Source of the DNA: Promethearchaeota archaeon | GTDB lineage: Archaea; Asgardarchaeota; Lokiarchaeia; Sigyniarchaeales; SOKP01 | Direction of reading: 5' to 3' | Length of the DNA: 64,000 bases | Assembly (NCBI GenBank): GCA_016840085.1 | Contig: JAEOTA010000085.1 | Span: 61,498 to 125,497 of the forward strand | Shown here: piece by piece, positions 1-9,835 of the stretch | How the letters are laid out: the number at the start of each line of letters is the position of its first letter | Numbering within the stretch: position 1 is the stretch's first letter | Program-made: the position numbers and the translations under genes | Notes under the pieces: model-generated | What the model was told of the DNA's origin: nothing | Seen by the model: only the letters and a program-made list of their open reading frames with translations | Databases searched by the model: none

Positions 1-326
1 TATCAAACACAAATTTAGTAATTTTCTATATTTTTTCATACATTTACTCACTTTTGATTTCTTTAATTTTCGATTATTTTCAAAATGTTTATGATTAAAA
101 AAAAAAAAATCACCTCTAATATTTAACATTTTTCTTAAGAGGGAAAATTAGATGCAGGAAATTAAGAAAATAAGCAAGAAAATGACTAAGATTTTATAAT
201 TTTAAGCTCTTTTAATTTATTGTTTATTGGAAATTTGTCGGGGTCCTGACTATTAATTTTCCGTGCAATTATCAGTGTAGTGAGAAGTCAAAAAGATACA
301 GGGATATACAACGTGGCTTTGGAATT

Positions 327-1232
327 GTGTTAGAGGGTATTGGAGAGAGACATAGTAATTATAACCAAATCTTATATAATGAATTATATTATGGGGATGT
401 GGGGATTTATTTAGATAATTCAAATTATAATACCATTAAATATAATACTTTTTTTAAAAATCGAGTATTTATACAAGAAGAAAATAATTGTATAGGAAAT
501 ATTATTGAAGACAATTATTACGTAAAAAGAGCTTATTTTAATTGGTCTATTATAATTATAGCAGTAATAGTCTTAATAATCATATCTGTGTGTATTTTTT
601 TATATTATAAATTAAAGAAGAAGAAAGCCTCTATGAAATCAGAAACTGAAGATGAAATAGCGGAGTCAGTCACTATCCAAAGTGAAACATTGATTTCTGA
701 AGAAGAGCAGACTCCAAAGATATTTCCACATGAAATTGAACAAAAAGAGTCTCAAACTTCTATGGTTGAATCCATCTCTGTTGAAGATGATGTACCACCC
801 CTTATAGAGCAACTTCCTGAAATCAGTCCTGTAGATAAATTTAACATTTTTTTAAGCTATTCTACTTTAGATTCGCAGTATTTCCAAATAGAAAAGATTG
901 TGGAGCTTCTGGAGCAATATCCCGAAATTGGTAAGATATATTATTGGGAAGCGGACAGTAAAGAAAATATCGTTGAATTTATGAATGAGACCTTAAAAAA
1001 AATTAATGTATTTATTCTCCTCTGCAGTGAGAATTCACTCAAATCTAAAGCTGTGAATGACGAATGGCAAGCAGCGTTTCAGATGCGAAAAGAAGGATTA
1101 TTAAAAATTATCCCTGTATATGAACAACAAGACCATATACCAAATATCTTATGGCATTTACTTAATGTAAAGTATACCAAAGACGACTTTAAAGGCTTTC
1201 TTGAGAACTTGCATCGTGAAATTTTGAGATAA
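327..1232 (+). CDS. Membrane-anchored TIR-domain protein (short parallel beta-helix remnant, TM helix, acidic linker, TIR); 5' end probably truncated or degenerate
   Basis: N-terminal NosD/CASH-like repeats (GIYLDNSNYNTIKYNTF); hydrophobic helix WSIIIIAVIVLIIISVCIFLYY followed by KLKKKK; C-terminal TIR motifs IFLSYS, FILLCSENSLKSKAVNDEW, IIPV. The frame is open upstream to a TAA at 213 with no ATG. Confidence 0.8.
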   Translation: MLEGIGERHSNYNQILYNELYYGDVGIYLDNSNYNTIKYNTFFKNRVFIQEENNCIGNIIEDNYYVKRAYFNWSIIIIAVIVLIIISVCIFLYYKLKKKKASMKSETEDEIAESVTIQSETLISEEEQTPKIFPHEIEQKESQTSMVESISVEDDVPPLIEQLPEISPVDKFNIFLSYSTLDSQYFQIEKIVELLEQYPEIGKIYYWEADSKENIVEFMNETLKKINVFILLCSENSLKSKAVNDEWQAAFQMRKEGLLKIIPVYEQQDHIPNILWHLLNVKYTKDDFKGFLENLHREILR

Positions 1233-1414
1233 TAGAGAGAAATATAAATAACAGATTCAACATACTCTTTCTATTTTTTTTTTAAATATGTACCTATTAC
1301 TTTAGAGTAATAGAAAGAGCAGTAGTGAGAGCGAAGACAAATAGACGAAAATGTGTCTTACCTTATGATATTTGAAATATATGAAAAAAAGAAAATAAAG
1401 ACATAAGAATAATT

Positions 1415-1735
1415 ATGGGAGTAATTGATAATTATCTTAAATCAAAAGAAAAGAAGAAATACTATTGCTTAAGCTGTTTCCTGTATACCAAGAAAAGATA
1501 TGTTCTCCATGTTCTTGAAGATGAGACAGGAAAGGTATATAAATGTCCAAATTGTCCACCATTAGAGCTCGTTAGACTCACAATTCCTCGAAGGGTCTAT
1601 ACTAACACACATTTGGAATATACGGCGGAATCAGTGATTCGCCTATATGAAAAACGGGACACTATTAGAGGGTTAAAAATGGTATATGAGCCCCAATATC
1701 TACGGTTTTTTCAGGCGCGATTTGAAAAATTATAA
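1415..1735 (+). CDS. Chimeric ORF: N-terminal CxxC...CxxC zinc finger joined to the C-terminal ~57 aa of a tryptophanase/tyrosine phenol-lyase
   Basis: CLSC...CPNC, then LELVRLTIPRRVYT...IRGLKMVYEPQYLRFFQARFEKL, the characteristic TnaA/Tpl C-terminus. No PLP-binding core. Confidence 0.65.
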   Translation: MGVIDNYLKSKEKKKYYCLSCFLYTKKRYVLHVLEDETGKVYKCPNCPPLELVRLTIPRRVYTNTHLEYTAESVIRLYEKRDTIRGLKMVYEPQYLRFFQARFEKL

Positions 1736-1904
1736 AAAAGATAATTTTTAGAATAAATATCAGCCAAAAATAAAAAAGTTAGGGAAAGAGAATGGATGTT
1801 CCTGTTTTTTTCTTAGCAATCCATTGCCGCATTTCCTCATAACATTCCACGCAGTACTATGCGCCATCGCGTAGGTTGTACGTCATGTCTTGGTCTGATC
1901 TTGC

Positions 1905-2606
1905 TTATTCTCTAACCTTTTCTATGGATAAAATAACTCTTTTTAATTCCCAATTAGGATCTCTCTTACCAGGAAATTCCAAAATCTCCTTACATTGTAA
2001 ACCCAAATTTTCTAAAAGTCCATTCCATTCTTGTACTGTTAAAACTTTTGAACTTTTTTCACCTTTATATTTCCTTCTGATTATTTTTTGAAAAATAAAT
2101 CCGATAATTTTTCCTATTTTTGTGCGCCATTTATCTGGGGCACATATATCTGCTATTACTAATCTTCCATTATTTTTTATGACTCTTTTAAACTCATTTA
2201 ATGCTTTTTCAACCTTCATATGACGGATAGCAAAAGAGCTTATTATCAAATCAAATGAACTATCACTAAAAGGAATATTTTCTCCATTTCCCTTTTCTGT
2301 AATAATAAAGTTTTCAAAACCTTGCTCTTTTATATTTTTTTTAGCAATCGCAATCATTTCATCCACGGGTTCAAGAGCAATTATCTTAAAGTTATTAGAT
2401 ATCTTTTTTGCAAGAGCTAAAGAAGTGAGTCCTGTTCCTGCTCCTACATCTAATATTCTAATATCGGGTTTTAATTCACATAATTTTATAAAAGATTTCA
2501 TAAAATCTTCATAATTAATACCTGATCTCTCAAACATCCTTAACTTATCATCCTCATAAGAAAGAGCCCATTTTTTATATTGTTCTTCAATTTTTTTTTC
2601 TTTCAT
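1905..2606 (-). CDS. Class I SAM-dependent methyltransferase (UbiE/COQ5-like)
   Basis: ILDVGAGTG motif I; IPFSDSSFDLI; EFKRVIKNNGRLVIAD. Confidence 0.9.
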   Translation of the reverse strand: MKEKKIEEQYKKWALSYEDDKLRMFERSGINYEDFMKSFIKLCELKPDIRILDVGAGTGLTSLALAKKISNNFKIIALEPVDEMIAIAKKNIKEQGFENFIITEKGNGENIPFSDSSFDLIISSFAIRHMKVEKALNEFKRVIKNNGRLVIADICAPDKWRTKIGKIIGFIFQKIIRRKYKGEKSSKVLTVQEWNGLLENLGLQCKEILEFPGKRDPNWELKRVILSIEKVRE

Positions 2607-2616
2607 TTTTTCATCT

Positions 2617-2962
2617 CTAATTTGGTTTTTCTACAATGAAATGTCCAAGCGCGTTTTTATACTTATAATTTAATTTAACAAAACCTGATTTTCTCAACAG
2701 ATTTATACATTTTTTCTTAGATAAAAATTTCCATGATAAGAGAGGGCATGGAATAATCGTTCCAACAGTTCGCAATGGTTCTATTGATAGAAATTTACCT
2801 CTTGGACGAAGCACTCTAAAAACTTCTGACAAGTATTTTTATACCTCCTAACTTTAAGAAAAATAAAATAATTAGTATTCCCAAAATAACATCTATACTA
2901 ATAATAAGATGAAAGTATCCAAATCCATAATATCCATAAAATGGTTTTTCTGATTTATTCAT
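2617..2962 (-). pseudogene. Internally deleted, frameshifted membrane-anchored methyltransferase
   Basis: ATG at 2962 after GAGGT SD gives a 48-aa hydrophobic segment (MNKSEKPFYGYYGFGYFHLII...). Another frame carries only the MTase C-terminal motif SEVFRVLRPRGKFLSIE. The SAM-binding core is missing. Confidence 0.55.
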
Positions 2963-2973
2963 AACCTCATGCC

Positions 2974-3537
2974 TTATAAAAAATCTTCAATGACTTTTCG
3001 ATTTTCCACTTCTTCCTTAAGCTCTTGAAGCCATTTCAATTCTGCTTCCCAATGAGCATAGTGATGTTTAATAATATAAATTGCAAAAAAGGGGATTTTT
3101 CTCTTTAATGTATCTATAAGACCTTTATGTTCCTTATTTTTTTTTTGAATATACTGAATTCGTTTATCAATGGCTTCAATAATTTCACTCTTAGATAAAA
3201 TGGGCATGAATAATAACCCTACATCAAGAGGATATCGTATTGGCTGGATTTCGAAAAAATTTTTTCGAATCATTACAATTAATTCTGTTTTTCCCTTCTC
3301 TGTTATATGATATAATGTTCTTTCTGGACGTTCACTATCTTTTTCCTTTCTACTACTTAATAAACCTTCTTTTTCCATTTTTTCTAAATTGTAGTAGAGA
3401 GATCCATAAGAGATTTCCGTAAATTCGCCAATAGCCCATTGATTTATCACTTTTTTAATCTCATATCCATGAATGGGTTTAGGAAATTCAAATAAAATCC
3501 CTAATAAAATCAATTTTGTAAGATTTTGAATTGCCAT
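2974..3537 (-). CDS. PadR family transcriptional regulator
   Basis: HGYEIKK, SYGSLYYNLEKMEKEGLL, RTLYHITEKG winged-HTH motifs. Confidence 0.92.
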   Translation of the reverse strand: MAIQNLTKLILLGILFEFPKPIHGYEIKKVINQWAIGEFTEISYGSLYYNLEKMEKEGLLSSRKEKDSERPERTLYHITEKGKTELIVMIRKNFFEIQPIRYPLDVGLLFMPILSKSEIIEAIDKRIQYIQKKNKEHKGLIDTLKRKIPFFAIYIIKHHYAHWEAELKWLQELKEEVENRKVIEDFL

Positions 3538-3550
3538 TATTTTATTTTAG

Positions 3551-3564
3551 ATAGAATATTCTAT
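3551..3564. promoter_or_regulatory. Perfect 14-bp palindrome ATAGAATATTCTAT; candidate PadR autoregulatory operator
   Basis: Palindrome 14 nt upstream of the padR start. AT-rich, so chance is possible. Confidence 0.4.
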
Positions 3565-3738
3565 ATAGACTATATCTTTTATTTAATTTAAAAATTTCTT
3601 TAAATTGCTTTTGACCTTTTAATAGAGTTAAATATGAATTCCTCTAAAGAGTTGCAAGATTTGAACCGTTACCATTATGAATTAAAAAAAGTGGATTTCG
3701 ATCTTACTTTTCATACAGGATTATTAAATGATTAAAAG

Positions 3739-4215
3739 TTAAAACCTTTTTTCAAGCACGATAATGATTGGTTGAAATCCTGCTTTAGCAAAAACATCAA
3801 GTAATTTTTTATCTGTTTTATACGCAAGATTTATTCGAAGGGAGTCGCACCCCCATGACTCTAAAATTTGAGTAGCTTTATCCGCTAAGAGTTTTCCCAC
3901 ACCCTTACCAATAAATTCTTTTTTAGTGGCCCAATTATCAAGATATCCGATATATCGCCCAAGAGTATTCTTCACAGCTTCAATCATTCCCATACTTACC
4001 ACTTGACCGGTAGATTTTAATTCTGCGATTAAGGTTATTCTTTTTAAATTGGGTTTAAATTGCCGAAGCCCACTAGACTCTCTCCATTGTTTTTCATCAA
4101 AACCAATATCAAATAATTCATTAAGTTCTTTTAAAATTGCTAAAGTCGCCTGATAATCTGAAGTACGATAATTTCTAATTACAATATCTTCTTGTTTAAT
4201 TTCTTCCTCTAACAT
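3739..4215 (-). CDS. GNAT family N-acetyltransferase
   Basis: IVIRNYR, acetyl-CoA motif FIGKGVGKLL, FAKAGF. Confidence 0.8.
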   Translation of the reverse strand: MLEEEIKQEDIVIRNYRTSDYQATLAILKELNELFDIGFDEKQWRESSGLRQFKPNLKRITLIAELKSTGQVVSMGMIEAVKNTLGRYIGYLDNWATKKEFIGKGVGKLLADKATQILESWGCDSLRINLAYKTDKKLLDVFAKAGFQPIIIVLEKRF

Positions 4216-4228
4216 TTTTATACAACAA

Positions 4229-5287
4229 TTAACTTGTAATTTTTTTTATTAATTTTAAATCAATTCTTTGTGTAAGAATTTTTTCTCTATCTCCCCCATC
4301 ATCTAATTGACGAATAGAGAATAAATATTCGTCAATATGAGGAACAATTGGGGAGATAAATAAAAGTTCCTCGTGGGGAAACCATATATCAACTTGTTGG
4401 GTCATTACTTCTTTCTCAAAAAATTCTTTAACATGAGTAATTGTAATAGAGATATTGTTCAATTCCTCATCTGTATTATTTTGGACAGTTATTTCTATTT
4501 CTTGACTATTTTCAATAAAATAAATATTGTTAATTGATAGTGGAGTCGTGGTAGAAAGATCTACAGCAACCTGTTGTTTAGGATCAAATAAATCTACATT
4601 ATAAAAAGTATTTTCCCCTTTAAGACTACTTAGAGGAGAAAACTCAAATCCTCTTATAGAGAAATAAGAAATAGCTTTTTGTGCTTTAAGAGAAGGAGCG
4701 TCTGATTTTTTTTCTATAACTTTTGAGAAATAATCTTTAATAGTATTATCAATTAATTCTCTCAAAAATAATTTTATTTTATTTCCTTCAGATATTAACT
4801 CTTGTATTTTAGGTGTTTTAATAACATTTTCAGATGCAATTTCACTTACAATAACTTCAGATAATTGATCTTCAAATTTAGCTCGTATATTATTAGTTAG
4901 AATACGTATCAAATCATCCCCAAAAATATCTATCTCAATAGGTAAAGATACTATAAGTACTATAGTTTCAGGAGTTTCTTCTTTAAGTCCTGCTCTCCTC
5001 TTTTTCCTTTCTGATTTTGCTAAGAATTTTTTACCAAAAAAGGTGTAACCCTTATATTCTAAATCAATATGGTCTAAATCATCAGTTTCTAAAAACCACA
5101 CAGGATGATAATGGATCGGACGCATATATTTTTTATTACTTCTGAGTCTATCATCAGGATACATTAACAGTGGAATTTGCCCCTTTTTTTCATCAAAATA
5201 CAACACATATACAACGCATAAATCTTCATTAGGGTTTTTTTCCACTGATGCGTTGTTAAATACGTCTGCCACTTGAAACCATTCCAA
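4229..5287 (-). CDS. Asgard-type longin/uDENN-like protein with C-terminal beta-sandwich-like domain
   Basis: N-terminal VVYVLYFDEKKGQIPLLMYP resembles the longin/uDENN (F-D/H-x-x-x-G) start. The C-terminal ~100 aa resemble the C-termini of 43009..44499 and 49927..51147. Confidence 0.5.
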   Translation of the reverse strand: MEWFQVADVFNNASVEKNPNEDLCVVYVLYFDEKKGQIPLLMYPDDRLRSNKKYMRPIHYHPVWFLETDDLDHIDLEYKGYTFFGKKFLAKSERKKRRAGLKEETPETIVLIVSLPIEIDIFGDDLIRILTNNIRAKFEDQLSEVIVSEIASENVIKTPKIQELISEGNKIKLFLRELIDNTIKDYFSKVIEKKSDAPSLKAQKAISYFSIRGFEFSPLSSLKGENTFYNVDLFDPKQQVAVDLSTTTPLSINNIYFIENSQEIEITVQNNTDEELNNISITITHVKEFFEKEVMTQQVDIWFPHEELLFISPIVPHIDEYLFSIRQLDDGGDREKILTQRIDLKLIKKITS

Positions 5288-5392
5288 GAAGTAATTTTAA
5301 AAATACAAATGATTCTTTTTTCAAAAGAATTAAATAATCCTTATTCTAAAAATTTAACTATAAAAAAATTAAAATAAATAGTAAAATTCTGT

Positions 5393-6490
5393 TTGTTGAT
5401 GTGTAAAATGGAAATTACAGATATTAAAACATATTTATTATCGCTCGATTTTAAATTTCGCATTGGAGCAATGCCTCCCTTAGAAGCTACAGGGTTATAT
5501 ATTAATATCAAAACTGATGAAAATATAGAAGGATGGGGCCTTTCACACTGGAATTTAAGCAATAAGGCACAAAAAGTATTTATTGATGAGGTGTTTAGGC
5601 GGTTATTAGTAAAAAAAGATCCATTTATGGTTGAAGAAATTTATCATACTCTCTATCATTCATCAAATCGAATAATGTTTGGGATACCGCAAGCTACGTC
5701 TGCTGTATTGGTAGCATGTTGGGATATTATTGGAAAAGCTTGTAATCAACCTATCTATAAATTACTTGGAGGAATGAAAAAGAAAATAAGAGTGTACGCA
5801 TCTATGCCAAGAGGATACAAACCCAAAGCTGCGGTTGGTGCTGTACAATCTGCTATAGATCTTGGAGGATATAAAGGTGTTAAGCTAAGAATTGGAGGGC
5901 GGGGTGGGAAACCAGAAGCTATTATAAGAGAAGTAAGAGATGTATTTCCAGATTTAAATATTATGGTTGATGCAAATTCTACATATGAATCTGTCAATGA
6001 AGCTCTAAAGATAGCTAAGTTTTGTGCAAAACATGAACTCACTTGGCTTGAAGAACCTATGCCTTCTGATAACCTAAATGGTTTAGCTAAATTAAAAACT
6101 CTTTCTCCAATTGAAATTGCTGGTGGTGAAAACGATATGGGAATATTTAGATTCGAGGATATTCTTAGTAAAGAATGCTACGACATAATACAACCAGATG
6201 TGAATAGGAGTGGTGGATTTTTACAATTAAAAAAGATTGATGCTATGGCAGAAGTTAAAGGAGTAAAATGCATACCCCATGTTTTTGGCTTAGGACATCA
6301 AGTTGCTGCAAATATGCATTTTGTGATGTCTACTAGATGTGATTGGCTAGAATTTCCTTTTTGGCCGGAACAATATCAAATTTTAGAAGAACCTATTAAA
6401 ATTGAAAAGGGTTTTGTGAAGGCAATAGATAAACCTGGTTTAGGAGTAGAAATTAATAAAGAAATGTTTGAAGAACACATAGTAAAATAA
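5393..6490 (+). CDS. Mandelate racemase/muconate lactonizing (enolase superfamily) enzyme
   Basis: WDIIGK...PIYKLLGG; KxR (VKLR); MVDAN; WLEEP; AGGEN; IIQPD; IPH. Start may be ATG 5399 or 5408. Confidence 0.93.
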   Translation: MLMCKMEITDIKTYLLSLDFKFRIGAMPPLEATGLYINIKTDENIEGWGLSHWNLSNKAQKVFIDEVFRRLLVKKDPFMVEEIYHTLYHSSNRIMFGIPQATSAVLVACWDIIGKACNQPIYKLLGGMKKKIRVYASMPRGYKPKAAVGAVQSAIDLGGYKGVKLRIGGRGGKPEAIIREVRDVFPDLNIMVDANSTYESVNEALKIAKFCAKHELTWLEEPMPSDNLNGLAKLKTLSPIEIAGGENDMGIFRFEDILSKECYDIIQPDVNRSGGFLQLKKIDAMAEVKGVKCIPHVFGLGHQVAANMHFVMSTRCDWLEFPFWPEQYQILEEPIKIEKGFVKAIDKPGLGVEINKEMFEEHIVK

Positions 6491-6494
6491 AAGA

Positions 6495-7859
6495 CTATTC
6501 TTTCCTATCTAATTCTTCTCTTCTTTTTAATAACAAATTTCTACATTGTGCAGATTCTTTTGAATAATAGAAATAAGGTAATAACCAAAAGAAACCTCCA
6601 AATAAGTAAATGATCAGCACTAAAGAAATAGCAAAGGGCAATAAAGATATATTTTTTTCTATCAAAAAAGACAATAATAAATTACCAAAAATCCCTCCAA
6701 TATTTACCATTAAACCATTCATAGCATTAGCAGTACTTCTTGCCTCAGGTGGGCATACATCAGCGTATATCGCGAATTGGTTACCCATTGGGAATGCAGC
6801 AAAAAAGAATCCTAGATACCCCAACATTAAGAAAAAAATCCAAGAAAAGATCACTTCCAAGAGAGTTGCAGCAAAAAAAGGAATTAAATAGAATGCTATC
6901 AACAATAAGACTCCAATAATTAGACCTAAAAATGAGATAATTACTCGTCCATTTATTTTTTCTTTATGTACATAAGAATCTCCTAATTTTCCCCCTATAA
7001 TTGATCCTAAAAGTGCACCACTACCTGATAGGATATAAAGAGTGGTAGCAATTAATTCGGCATCAGTTCCGTTAATTTTTGAACTTAAATAAAAAATAGC
7101 CCAGATTGCAAGTGTAGCATTAGCTATACCCGCAAAAAGTACTGAAATTAAAATACCTAATACTGATTTTGTCTTAAATAATTGTTTAAGGTTATTAAAA
7201 GTTAATTTATAATTATAATTGATTTCTCCTTTAAAATTCTCGAATTCTGGCTCAGTTCGACCTATTTCCGGTTCTATGCCAATATATATATATGATAATA
7301 AGGCTAAAAATCCTAAAACAAATCCTAAACCATAAGAATATCTCCATCCTGATGGTCCTGCGTAATTTCCCAAAATACCTCCAAATATAATTCCCATTCC
7401 AGATCCTAATATCATACCAAACTGCATTCCACCAAATCTTTTACCTCTTTCTTTTGGGGGGTAAAAATCTCCTATCATTGCAAATCCAAGTGGCATAAAT
7501 GCTCCTATACCAATTGCACTCATAGCGATAAAGAGTAAATAATAGGAGAAGTTTAAGGATAATGAGGCTAATCCAAATGAAATAATCCAAACAAGATTAA
7601 TATATGCAAATACTTTTTTTCTCGAAAATTTTTCAGCTATTTTATCACCATAATATCCAAAAATTAATATGCTAAAAATTCCAATAACTAAATAAATTGC
7701 TGTTAATACTCCAATTCCGAATTTTGTGGTGTTAGGAAGATTTAGTAGTAAATTATCTATATTTACAGGTAAAATTCCAGTACAAAAATATATCATAAAA
7801 TAAAGAAGAAATAAGGAAAAGTATGTTTTTTTTCTTTTTATTTGGTATATTTCATCCAT
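6495..7859 (-). CDS. MFS transporter
   Basis: About 12 hydrophobic segments; GYYGDK...SRKK and GGKLGD motifs; DFYPPKERG. Confidence 0.9.
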   Translation of the reverse strand: MDEIYQIKRKKTYFSLFLLYFMIYFCTGILPVNIDNLLLNLPNTTKFGIGVLTAIYLVIGIFSILIFGYYGDKIAEKFSRKKVFAYINLVWIISFGLASLSLNFSYYLLFIAMSAIGIGAFMPLGFAMIGDFYPPKERGKRFGGMQFGMILGSGMGIIFGGILGNYAGPSGWRYSYGLGFVLGFLALLSYIYIGIEPEIGRTEPEFENFKGEINYNYKLTFNNLKQLFKTKSVLGILISVLFAGIANATLAIWAIFYLSSKINGTDAELIATTLYILSGSGALLGSIIGGKLGDSYVHKEKINGRVIISFLGLIIGVLLLIAFYLIPFFAATLLEVIFSWIFFLMLGYLGFFFAAFPMGNQFAIYADVCPPEARSTANAMNGLMVNIGGIFGNLLLSFLIEKNISLLPFAISLVLIIYLFGGFFWLLPYFYYSKESAQCRNLLLKRREELDRKE

Positions 7860-8009
7860 TTTTTGAGTCAGTCTTTTCTACTTATTTTAAGTGATTTGGT
7901 TAGGATCTTTCGAATAATATTATTTGAATTTCATTTTATTTATAATAATGTTTATTTTCATTACAAAAAGATGAGTCTAATATTAGAAAAAGAACGAAAT
8001 TGATATTTA

Positions 8010-8444
8010 TTATAAGTCTATTTTTGTGAACTTTCCTATATCTTTATTAAGTGTTTTCAAAATTTTCTCTTCTAATTCTTCTGGTATATTTCTGAATGAA
8101 AAGTTTTCTAATTCTGGTAAAAGATTTTGAATCGTTAACCTAGTAATATGATCTAAATGATCACATAAGGCAAATAATTGAAAATGAATTGAATTTTCTA
8201 CTAATACAGCACCTCTGCTTACAGTGAAATAGTTTACTTGCTGTTGAAACGTATTTTTCTTGATATTATTCCAAAGATCACGAAATCCTAGTAAATAATG
8301 AGTATCTTTAGCAGTACTTCTCTTTTCATTTTGTAGACATAATTCCCAAGCAGAATCTTGGGTCCCTATGCAGATTGTATAAACAACACTTTTTTTTTTT
8401 AGTTTGGTTTCCTCTGATTTTCTAAATGTTAATCTTTGGAACAT
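8010..8444 (-). CDS. Hypothetical protein (frame open about 35 codons further upstream without ATG)
   Basis: ORF co-oriented with neighbours; no recognisable motif. Confidence 0.55.
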   Translation of the reverse strand: MFQRLTFRKSEETKLKKKSVVYTICIGTQDSAWELCLQNEKRSTAKDTHYLLGFRDLWNNIKKNTFQQQVNYFTVSRGAVLVENSIHFQLFALCDHLDHITRLTIQNLLPELENFSFRNIPEELEEKILKTLNKDIGKFTKIDL

Positions 8445-8554
8445 TCTTCGTAAGATGGCACCAGCAGAGTCATCTATAATGTCGTGTTGAGAAGATGTAA
8501 AGCCAGTAATTAATATTTTAACTTTTTTTTATTTTTGATAAGGGATAATATTTT

Positions 8555-9835
8555 TTAATTAAAAATTGAATCGAAATCTAAGTATAGATTGAATTCCTTC
8601 TTATTAATGTCAAAATCCTGAAAAGAATTTTTTATTATATAATTTATAGAATTATAGTTTAATTCTTTTTTAAATTTTCTATCCCACTTCCACCAATTTG
8701 GTAAACCTATGAAATTTACATTCCATAAAGATTCTTTATCTTTAATAGATCTTTTAGCTATTTCTTTTGAAAGCAAAATCCAGAATATTATAAGGTTATT
8801 TGAGATTTTCTCATCTTCCCTCATAGGTCCTCTATAAAATTTACCTAATGCTAACAACATTAAGATACCCAAACCATACTTTATTTGAATTTTCCACGTA
8901 TTCATTAAATAATTGTTCTTTAAAACATTCCAATCTAAATCCTCTGTCATTCCCTCTATTGGCTCATGTGTACTTTCTATTATTTTTTCGATGAAAAAAT
9001 CCTTAGTTAAATAAAGTTGGGTGTCAATGAATTGAAAAATCCTAAGAGCCCCTGCGATTCTCCATTCTATCCATTCGTGGGAATATTCTATTGCTTTTTT
9101 TAAAATCAAATTCTTATCTGGCCAAAAACCTAAAAGTGACTTTAGTTTATAATTAACCTCATCATAAAATTTTAAATAGTGATCATAAATTACAGCATAG
9201 GAATAACCTAAAATATCAATATATGTAAAAATCTCTAACAAGTCTATGAAAATATTACGAGATTTCTCATTAGAAAGTAATTTGAAAAATTCGTTATCAT
9301 TTATTAAAGAATATATTCCATAAAAAGTAGATTCACCTGTGTAAATAGTAGCAAAAAGTAAATGGTATTGAATAATTTTACTTATAAGGAGTTTATCTAA
9401 ATCTGAAATATCATAAGGTGCAAGTAATTCTCTATCATTAATTAATAAATAACTTTGATAAGGATGATTTTCCTTATCATAAAACCTTCCGATGTCATGA
9501 TACATTAAGATAAGAGGTAAAATCAATTCATTTTCTATAGCTTGATCATTTACTTTTTTACTAATAGTCTGTAGAGAACTCATTGATAATGTATTATGAA
9601 CAAATTTATTATTCTTTAGAAGAAAATAAATTTTAAATGATCTAAATATATGCCTTAAAGTCCTTAAAAACTCAAATTTATCCTCATGCCATCCTTCTTC
9701 AAAAATTTCGTGCAAGTTGGGGAAAAGTAACAGAAGTTCATGATAATACCTGCTATTGGTTATTTCATTTGAATTATCAATCCATTCAAGATCAATTGTA
9801 GAAATAAGATTTTCAAGACATTCAGTTATTTTCAT
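8555..9835 (-). CDS. HD-domain-like protein
   Basis: LMYHDIGR motif, followed by HP and YH residues typical of HD folds. Confidence 0.6.
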   Translation of the reverse strand: MKITECLENLISTIDLEWIDNSNEITNSRYYHELLLLFPNLHEIFEEGWHEDKFEFLRTLRHIFRSFKIYFLLKNNKFVHNTLSMSSLQTISKKVNDQAIENELILPLILMYHDIGRFYDKENHPYQSYLLINDRELLAPYDISDLDKLLISKIIQYHLLFATIYTGESTFYGIYSLINDNEFFKLLSNEKSRNIFIDLLEIFTYIDILGYSYAVIYDHYLKFYDEVNYKLKSLLGFWPDKNLILKKAIEYSHEWIEWRIAGALRIFQFIDTQLYLTKDFFIEKIIESTHEPIEGMTEDLDWNVLKNNYLMNTWKIQIKYGLGILMLLALGKFYRGPMREDEKISNNLIIFWILLSKEIAKRSIKDKESLWNVNFIGLPNWWKWDRKFKKELNYNSINYIIKNSFQDFDINKKEFNLYLDFDSIFN

